From contig DIRZ01000002.1 of the NCBI GenBank assembly GCA_002421785.1, positions 120,001 through 152,000 on the forward strand: DNA of 32,000 nt, given 5' to 3'. Shown here in pieces: positions 25,342 to 32,000 of this stretch; the first letter of the stretch is position 1; each line of letters begins with the position of its first letter. The translations under genes and the position numbers were made by a program. Source of the stretch: Candidatus Saccharimonadota bacterium. GTDB lineage: Bacteria; Patescibacteriota; Saccharimonadia; Saccharimonadales; Saccharimonadaceae. The notes under the pieces were generated by a model. It worked only from the letters and a program-made list of their open reading frames with translations. It made no database searches and was not told where the DNA came from.

Positions 25342-26703
25342 TTATAGCTCCTTTAGTTTTCTATATATCTCAACCATCGCCCACGTATCCATCTTGCAAT
25401 ACTCAGTCAGGTCGGCGAGTATCTGCTCTTTCTGATCGGCACGCGTCTCATCGAGTACCGCTTCCATCCAGAGTCGTTGAGCGGAGTTGCCGTCTTGAAT
25501 ACCGAGGTCTTTGTAGCTTAGCTCAGGACACACTACGGGCAGCACTTTTTTGATGCTAGCACTTCCCTCGCAGCGCGGATCGTCATACCATTTTGCCTTA
25601 AATGGAATCATGAGGTCGACAACACGTTCGTTGATGGCCGTGATTTGCTCGGCATACTCCGGGTACATCCGTCCCAGCTCTTCGTTTACTGATTTTTCAA
25701 AGCGCATATTCCAGGTAATGATTGAGCCGGAATCGCCCATATCTTCTACTAGCCGTTTAGCTAAATCTGGTGCTGGATTTGTGTTATCTTTATGGAGATA
25801 TTCTCGATGCTCTACTTCACCACCAGGTTCACGGATGATATGTAGTGAGTATTGGAACGGCACCTGCTGATACGGTCGTTGTCCATCAAAATATGGCACG
25901 AGGCCCTGCATCGTTTCGTAATCAAAGAAGTAGAGTGGGTACTGCAATTCACCCAAAAAGCGCTCGATCTCTTGCTTGTTGATTTCGGCTCGAGTATCTT
26001 CTGGCCACACCTTGGGTTCAGGCGGAAAGATATTTTCATATACCTTCATCCATTCAGATTTCGAGCCGAGCTTTGCTAGTTCCGGATTCGGATCAGGCAT
26101 TTCGGCTTGCGTGGCAGCTTTCTTCGCTGCTTCCATGTATTCTGGTGTTTTAACGGCAATTTCATTTACATCTTCTGTCACATCTGCAAACGTTGTAAGC
26201 TCTTTTGGGTTAACGTCACCCTCGCGAACATACTGATTATTTACATGAATTACAAAGATATTTCGGACCGTAAATCCATTACCCTCAAGCACGGTTTTTT
26301 GAAAAGCCAAATCGTACAGATGATCTGGTTTAACGCGTGTGCTGGATTTAATCTCATACAGGTCAATCGTCTTATCCTCCACGACTGAAACAATGTCAGA
26401 TATGCAGGTAAATCCATTCCATTCAAAGCGGGGCTGGAATACTACCTGAGCACCCGATTCAAAAGCTTGCTGGGTTCGCAGTGGCAGTGAGCGATATTCA
26501 TCGAAATCACTAAAGCCGAGCGTGACTCCTTCTGGAAACAGCGATTCCACATACGGCTCAAAAGCATGTCCGGCGTCGAACATTGCTTGTGTCGCTGCGT
26601 CGACGGGTGGAAGTTTGCTCGGGTCATTCTTTTTTAACCAAAGCCAAGCCGGCTGACGGAGAAAGAGCATGTAATCGGATTTGGATATTTGATTCTGTGC
26701 CAT
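25342..26703 (-). CDS. DUF2779-type two-domain nuclease, paralogue 2
   Basis: It carries the same motifs as paralogue 1: ISKSDYML, DLYEIKSSTRVK, YFFDYET, PFQYSLH and YCKMDTWAM. Its start overlaps the upstream stop (TAATG). Confidence 0.7.
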   Translation of the reverse strand: MAQNQISKSDYMLFLRQPAWLWLKKNDPSKLPPVDAATQAMFDAGHAFEPYVESLFPEGVTLGFSDFDEYRSLPLRTQQAFESGAQVVFQPRFEWNGFTCISDIVSVVEDKTIDLYEIKSSTRVKPDHLYDLAFQKTVLEGNGFTVRNIFVIHVNNQYVREGDVNPKELTTFADVTEDVNEIAVKTPEYMEAAKKAATQAEMPDPNPELAKLGSKSEWMKVYENIFPPEPKVWPEDTRAEINKQEIERFLGELQYPLYFFDYETMQGLVPYFDGQRPYQQVPFQYSLHIIREPGGEVEHREYLHKDNTNPAPDLAKRLVEDMGDSGSIITWNMRFEKSVNEELGRMYPEYAEQITAINERVVDLMIPFKAKWYDDPRCEGSASIKKVLPVVCPELSYKDLGIQDGNSAQRLWMEAVLDETRADQKEQILADLTEYCKMDTWAMVEIYRKLKEL

Positions 26704-27122
26704 TATCTTATCTTCCTACTCCGAGCTTGATCATTTATCCGCTTGAGGTTATTGTAAATCTCCTCGTACGACGAACTGGCAGTAGCAGACCGTTTTTTCG
26801 ATGCCTTCTTCGATTTTCGTGCTGGCGGTCGAACATAAACGTGCATTTTACCGTCACCCTTCAGTTTTACGAAGATAGTCTTACCAACACGCAAACCCTT
26901 ATTAATCCTCAGACTCTCAATAAATGCCCTTTTGCGATCAGGGCTCATGCTCTTAATGCTCCCCGCAATTTGATCAACATGAGTTACAGTTTTGAGAAAC
27001 TTATAATCAGGCGTCACGCCACCGCCAGTCGAATAAGCACTGTCGTCACGACCCTCTCCGCCAGTCTCTATTACGCCATGACCCTTTGTTGTGTAGTCGG
27101 AGTAAGAGTAGCGGATGCCCAT
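26703..27122 (-). CDS. Hypothetical protein with a Gly-rich N-terminus and a strongly basic C-terminus (139 aa)
   Basis: An open frame 7 nt after the helicase stop with no Shine-Dalgarno, which suggests coupled translation. No motif was recognised. Confidence 0.55.
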   Translation of the reverse strand: MGIRYSYSDYTTKGHGVIETGGEGRDDSAYSTGGGVTPDYKFLKTVTHVDQIAGSIKSMSPDRKRAFIESLRINKGLRVGKTIFVKLKGDGKMHVYVRPPARKSKKASKKRSATASSSYEEIYNNLKRINDQARSRKIR

Positions 27123-27129
27123 TTGACCG

Positions 27130-29853
27130 TTACCAGCGTGCCTTGAAATGCTCTACTTTTATAAACTCATCAAGCACCTTGCTGCAACGTTCCCAGTCGT
27201 ACGCCTGCACCATTGTAGGGTTCTCGTATTTAGCTTCAAACGGACTCTTTTCAGGCAATTCATTGATCGTTTTCTTCGCTTCATCAATTTTTCCTTGGGC
27301 AACGAGTGTCCAGGCTGATTCGAGAACGTCAGGGACCTGTCCGAAAATTTCATTAATCGACTTAAGCCGATCCGAAAGAGCCCGATGAACCTTGTCTTCT
27401 ACGGAATCTTTGTACCGCATATTATAAACATAAACTTCATCACGTTTCTGCCCGATACGCTGTATTCGACCCTTTCGCTGCTCAAGCTTAGTCGGATTCC
27501 AAGGTAAGTCGATATTTATTAATGTTCCGAGAGTCTGCAGATTGAGACCTTCACTAGCAGCATCTGTGCCAAATATAATTTTTATCTCACCGCGCTTCAC
27601 CATGCGCTTTAGCTCGTCCTTGGGACGCTTTACAAATTCGCCATTTACAAATAGTCCGGATTTATCTCCACCGGCATAAATTGCAATCTGTTGATCAGGA
27701 AACACATTGTCTCGAACAAGTTTTTCTGCGAACCACCAGACCGTATCAAAATACTGAGAAAATACAATGCAGCCCATTTCGGCCCATTTTTCATCACGGA
27801 GCAACTTAACAAGTAGTCCATATTTTGGATCACTGTCCAGCTTGTCAGAAATAATACTCAAGAATTCGTGAAGAGCAGACTTTGTCGGTGCATCAATCTC
27901 AATCTCTTCGCCCTTTACCGCCTTCGAGGTATCTTCGTCGCTGTTTCCCTCATCCTCTTCTGCAAGGGACATTTCAAGCTCCGAGCCCTGTTCACCAGCA
28001 CCTTTTTGAAGCATCTTTTCTGCCGTTATCTTACCTGCATACATCGAGCTACCTACGCGCCTGAGGATCATCGTAGTGATAAATCCGCTATTTTTGTGCC
28101 CCATATCTGCGGCTATCTGCTCGGCTTTTGCATATGCATCCTGCAAGTAAACTGTAAGTGGCAATGCTTCTTTTTCATCTTCGCCAAATAGTTTTACGTG
28201 TATCGGCAAAAGGTACGGCTCGCCTGTTGCTGGGTCGACCGTCGTTTCAAGATATTTTCTTGTGCGTCGAATAATTCTAGTTATGAAAGGATTATATTTT
28301 GCTGCAAAATCTTCTGAAATTTGCTCGAACAATGACCGCTCATGCGGCGAAAGTTCACCATACTGCGATACCGCAAAATAATCACGCGGCTTCATATTAA
28401 ATTGCTCTCTAAGCACTCGGTATGTCATAGGGTTTCGCATGCCATCCGGGAATGGATTCCGAAGCCAATCCCACAGCTCCTGCTTACTGTGGATTTCATA
28501 GCTGCCAGAGAGTATATTTAGAGCGTCGTCGACTCGTGTTCGCCACGGGCTAGCCTGTGAGCCCATAACTCGATCGTCACCTTGTGCGAGTATATTTAGC
28601 AAGTCCCACGCCTCTACAGGCAGTAGTTGTACTGGTGTTGCCGTACCCATGAGCATATGCTCGGTCTTTTTCGATATTCGCATGAGATAGCTATATAGAT
28701 TGTTTGGTTCTGGCGGCTGAGCCTGCTTGTCTTTATGTAGATTCTTTCGTCTTGATCGGTGGCATTCGTCAACGATTACCGTATTATATTCGACGTTCAG
28801 TAAGCTCTCGGCCGCTTCAGTGCGTGCGGTAATAATACCTTGCGATACAATACCAATTTTTCGCGGACAACGGCGAATATCGTCGGGACGACGACCAGTA
28901 GTAGTATTACCCTCTTCGTCAATCCACGACTTGCCATCCCAGACGGCCGACGGTAATCCCATCAAATCCCTTAACTCATCTTGCCACTGATACAAAAGTG
29001 TCTTCGGCGCAATAATCAGGACTGGCTTACTGCTATCAAGAGATAGTATTTGAGCACTGAGTCCGAGCTGAACGGTCTTACCAAGACCTACCATATCAGC
29101 CAGTATGTACCTGGCATTTAGCCCAGCTTGTTTAGTGCGAAAAACTAGATCTATAAAGTACTTCTGATGCTCCCAAAGCCCTAAGCCCCCACGATAAACA
29201 GGTGATTCAACGATACTTTCCTCAGGCTTTTTGACTTTCTCAATCTCATATATTACTTTGCGTTCAGCTATTCGCTGAATGTCTTCTACGATAAAGTCGA
29301 TGAGCGGCCGTGCAGACTCATGATTCCACAACGTATCAAACTCTTCTTGCACCCAATCTACTGATCCTTCGGAATCATCTTCCCAAACCAGTTCGTAATT
29401 TCGCTCCCAGCCAGACTGACTTTCGTTCATACTACCTAAAAACGATGTTTTCGAACCATCACCAAGCGTTACAACTCCTGCTTTACCATGGATAAAACCA
29501 AAGATTTCATCGGGTACAACGCGCACTTCAAGCTTGCCACTTTTTAGCAAGGCGTATAGCTTTGTTAGTCTGTCAGGATACCCTACGTGTGCTTTCTCTG
29601 GGCTTTCTTCGCACCATTCCTGACGGATCGAAGACTCGTAAGCCTTCACACTTCGTACGTCGTCGATTTGCAGATGAGCGTTGCAGACAATCCGGACCTT
29701 GCCTTCGATTTGCTCAAGGGCTTCACCGGACACATCAAACAGCGATGTGGCAAAATAACCTGCTATACGGTCATATTGCTTCGCACCGGCTAACCGCTGG
29801 TTCAATAACGATTCACTTAATTTTTGGCGACGTGAAGAATACCGCTGCAGCAT
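27130..29853 (-). CDS. Fusion protein: N-terminal phospholipase-D-family (HKD) nuclease domain plus SNF2/DEAD-like helicase
   Basis: The HKD motif is FIHGKAGVV...GSMNES. Helicase motifs are ADMVGLGKT (I), VIVDECH (II), GTATP (III) and QRKGRIQRIGQ (VI). The protein is 907 aa. Confidence 0.88.
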   Translation of the reverse strand: MLQRYSSRRQKLSESLLNQRLAGAKQYDRIAGYFATSLFDVSGEALEQIEGKVRIVCNAHLQIDDVRSVKAYESSIRQEWCEESPEKAHVGYPDRLTKLYALLKSGKLEVRVVPDEIFGFIHGKAGVVTLGDGSKTSFLGSMNESQSGWERNYELVWEDDSEGSVDWVQEEFDTLWNHESARPLIDFIVEDIQRIAERKVIYEIEKVKKPEESIVESPVYRGGLGLWEHQKYFIDLVFRTKQAGLNARYILADMVGLGKTVQLGLSAQILSLDSSKPVLIIAPKTLLYQWQDELRDLMGLPSAVWDGKSWIDEEGNTTTGRRPDDIRRCPRKIGIVSQGIITARTEAAESLLNVEYNTVIVDECHRSRRKNLHKDKQAQPPEPNNLYSYLMRISKKTEHMLMGTATPVQLLPVEAWDLLNILAQGDDRVMGSQASPWRTRVDDALNILSGSYEIHSKQELWDWLRNPFPDGMRNPMTYRVLREQFNMKPRDYFAVSQYGELSPHERSLFEQISEDFAAKYNPFITRIIRRTRKYLETTVDPATGEPYLLPIHVKLFGEDEKEALPLTVYLQDAYAKAEQIAADMGHKNSGFITTMILRRVGSSMYAGKITAEKMLQKGAGEQGSELEMSLAEEDEGNSDEDTSKAVKGEEIEIDAPTKSALHEFLSIISDKLDSDPKYGLLVKLLRDEKWAEMGCIVFSQYFDTVWWFAEKLVRDNVFPDQQIAIYAGGDKSGLFVNGEFVKRPKDELKRMVKRGEIKIIFGTDAASEGLNLQTLGTLINIDLPWNPTKLEQRKGRIQRIGQKRDEVYVYNMRYKDSVEDKVHRALSDRLKSINEIFGQVPDVLESAWTLVAQGKIDEAKKTINELPEKSPFEAKYENPTMVQAYDWERCSKVLDEFIKVEHFKARW

Positions 29854-29854
29854 A

Positions 29855-32000
29855 TTAAACTCCGTCGTTCTCCACTAGGCTCTTGACGTATTTTGCGTAC
29901 TGCACCGAGTCTACCCAGTGCTCAGCACCTTCGACTGTCTCAAATGCAATGATCGCGTCAAACACTTCTGATATTTTCGGCCGATCTGTCCAGTATGTCG
30001 GTACCTCATTGCGAAGCCAGTTTTTACCAGCCGTTGCATCATCGTTTTTTATTGAAACATATATTGCCATGAGGATTTGTCGTACTAAGGTACCAGCTAG
30101 TGGATGGCTATCGGAGATATACTTATTTGCAAACTCAACCGGTGTTTTGACGCGGGCGGCATTCGCCTTGCTTGATGCCAGCATAGTAGTGTATTCAGCG
30201 ACTCCCAGACCCCTTGCAAGCTCTTGGTATGACGATAGTGCAAAGTTACCTGTACGCTCAAACTCTAGAGCTTTAATGTAATACTTTTCTTCCTTAGTGA
30301 AGTCTTTCCAAGTGGCTTTAGAGAAACCTTTTGGTATTAGGTATTCAAATGCTACACGCACGGCCGATTCGATGATCGTTTGGATTGGCGATTTGTTCTT
30401 TTTGTCACGCTCGCGGTTGAGTTCTAGCTCCACGTTTACGTCACCGAGAGTTTTGTAGCTAGTGAGGACTTTTAGGGATGCTGCGTAGGCTGCGAGCATG
30501 TAGTCGTTGTCAGTAAAATCTGGTTCTGCGCCAGCATCAAGATCTCGCATACTATCAATTTGCAGTTTCACCTCACGCTTGATCTGCGGGTAGATGTCTT
30601 CGAGCCATCCGCTTTCGTTCCCTAGGTTTTTGCGAAGCACCATGAGCACAGTACCTTTTACGTAGTTGCCCGCCTTTAGACCGCTAGCGTCTGTTTCGGT
30701 GGCTATATTCCAAGCCGCAGTTACCTGCAGACCAGCAGACCAGAGAATAAGTGACATTTCTGCCCAAACCGCCGGGTCTTGATGTGTAAACATAACAACC
30801 TGCATACCGTCGTCGGGCATATGATTAGCAAGATTCTTGTAAACGTCTACCATTGAATGAGCAAAGGAGCTCCCTGTGCCCTTTACTGCACGGTCCCTGT
30901 TGCTATGGCTATACCATTCCGGAAATGTCTTTTTGATGAGTTTATTGTCCCAGGCGAGGAAAAATTCAGAGAGCTCATGATAATTAACTGCATCTGCGTA
31001 CGGTGGGTCAGTAATCCAAAAATGACATACATCATTTACAGTTCTTGCGTCTTCAACTTTTACCGAAGCGCTCGTTTTAATGCCGTATTCTTTTACTTTC
31101 ATACCCCACAAGTCTTCTAGCATCGGTAGAGCACGTACGGGATAATTGTATACTGTGTTTAGTGCCTGATTATAGAAAGTTTGCGCTGCAGATTCACGAG
31201 CTTGGCCAGTTCCCCAGCGACAAAGCTTACTATTCCAATCAGCAATTTTGTTAACACCTAATGTAGCGAGGGCTAGTTCATCTTGCTTAGCGCGCCTAAA
31301 GCTAGACTCGATAAATAATCCCAGCGTAAGTAGCTGTCTTGGGTTGAAAAGTTGGTGCCAATAACTCCACCCTCGCTCGCGGATAGGTTGGTCGGTGTTA
31401 TAGCCCGACTCTATCCGATCGGATGGCAAATAGCCCTTTTCTTGCCAATCTATAAATCGCTCACTTAACAATTCGATGACCTTTTTTTCGCGTTGTATAT
31501 CTCCGGCCGTAGGAGCGGTGTAGTATCTTGCGCTTTTGCCGTTAACATTTCTTTCGTAACGTATTGCAAAAAGTCTTTCTTGGAAAATATCATCGTCTCG
31601 AGGGTAAAAATCGGACTTTTCCCATGATCTTAATCCGCTCGTAGGTTTCCCTTCAGGACTTTTGCGATCTCTACGAATTGAAGATATAGGAGTTACTGTT
31701 TTACAATTCAGGCAATTAACGCCATCACTAGTAATGGTAGAGGTTGAATTTACTTGTGCGATTTCTTCCTTGGAGGCATTCATTTTAATTGATATATCAA
31801 AGGATTGCGAAGAAAAATTTGGTTGCAGCTGAGCTATAGTCTTACTCCCCATGCCAACAATCCATGAAGGAGATAATGGAACTCTCCATCCGCATGCTGG
31901 GCACGTGACTTCATTGCAATATAAATACATGTTTGCACGGTCGCCTATCTCATTGCGTTCTATTCCCCACTGCTCAAGCTGGGAGTCTACCTCGGCGTAT
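29855..32000 (-). CDS. Zn-ribbon-containing DNA methyltransferase of the DUF1156/COG1743 type (5' end outside the window)
   Basis: The catalytic motif IV is WITDPPYAD. The Zn ribbon is CPAC...CLNC. The frame stays open upstream of Met 31930 to the window edge (YAEVDSQLEQWGIERNEIGDRANMYLYC...). Confidence 0.8.
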   Translation of the reverse strand, partial: YAEVDSQLEQWGIERNEIGDRANMYLYCNEVTCPACGWRVPLSPSWIVGMGSKTIAQLQPNFSSQSFDISIKMNASKEEIAQVNSTSTITSDGVNCLNCKTVTPISSIRRDRKSPEGKPTSGLRSWEKSDFYPRDDDIFQERLFAIRYERNVNGKSARYYTAPTAGDIQREKKVIELLSERFIDWQEKGYLPSDRIESGYNTDQPIRERGWSYWHQLFNPRQLLTLGLFIESSFRRAKQDELALATLGVNKIADWNSKLCRWGTGQARESAAQTFYNQALNTVYNYPVRALPMLEDLWGMKVKEYGIKTSASVKVEDARTVNDVCHFWITDPPYADAVNYHELSEFFLAWDNKLIKKTFPEWYSHSNRDRAVKGTGSSFAHSMVDVYKNLANHMPDDGMQVVMFTHQDPAVWAEMSLILWSAGLQVTAAWNIATETDASGLKAGNYVKGTVLMVLRKNLGNESGWLEDIYPQIKREVKLQIDSMRDLDAGAEPDFTDNDYMLAAYAASLKVLTSYKTLGDVNVELELNRERDKKNKSPIQTIIESAVRVAFEYLIPKGFSKATWKDFTKEEKYYIKALEFERTGNFALSSYQELARGLGVAEYTTMLASSKANAARVKTPVEFANKYISDSHPLAGTLVRQILMAIYVSIKNDDATAGKNWLRNEVPTYWTDRPKISEVFDAIIAFETVEGAEHWVDSVQYAKYVKSLVENDGV

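Noticed and set aside
2352-26703. The two DUF2779 genes acting as long direct repeats that delimit a 23-kb genomic island.
   Set aside because: The interval contains core heat-shock genes (groESL, clpB) with their native CIRCE promoters. The copies are diverged paralogous genes, not near-identical terminal repeats.
1-32000. CRISPR arrays, rRNA or tRNA genes, and IS or transposase or integrase genes.
   Set aside because: I found no regularly spaced short direct repeats, no rRNA or tRNA signatures, and no ORF with transposase or recombinase motifs on either strand.

Overview
Compact bacterial chromosomal segment with about 35 protein genes, mostly on the minus strand, and short intergenic regions. 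GC varies by hand count, from roughly 55% in the first ~3.7 kb to about 38-47% elsewhere, with one ~0.7 kb patch above 60%.

Left to right:
- A decaying thioredoxin/CcdA module, a TRIC/UPF0126 membrane protein, a NUDIX hydrolase and a DUF2779-type dual nuclease.
- A heat-shock block (hsp20, an N-domain-less clpB, groES-groEL) whose three promoters each carry a CIRCE (HrcA) operator.
- A ~4.5 kb accessory-looking run of small genes: membrane protein, nucleotidyltransferase, histidine phosphatase, two small acidic proteins, a GC-rich foreign-looking gene and two P-loop kinases. These are separated by modular intergenic repeats.
- A copZ / P1B-ATPase / Crp-Fnr operon.
- A large membrane protein divergent from an MMPL transporter plus ArsR regulator.
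- A multi-Zn-ribbon protein and a soluble FtsK-like ATPase, then an alpha/beta hydrolase.
- A tightly coupled minus-strand operon running off the right edge: Zn-ribbon DUF1156-type methylase, PLD-SNF2 helicase, 139-aa basic protein, a second DUF2779 nuclease, a Zn-ribbon protein and a mini-HAD phosphatase.

I recognised no rRNA, tRNA, CRISPR array, transposase or integrase.

Best candidate for an undescribed system: the right-hand methylase/helicase/nuclease operon. The modular intergenic repeat families, and the GC-rich insert bracketed by a 22-nt direct repeat, come second.

Taxonomy cannot be fixed from the sequence. The gene set and compactness would fit a small-genome Gram-positive-type or candidate-phyla-radiation lineage, but that is a guess.
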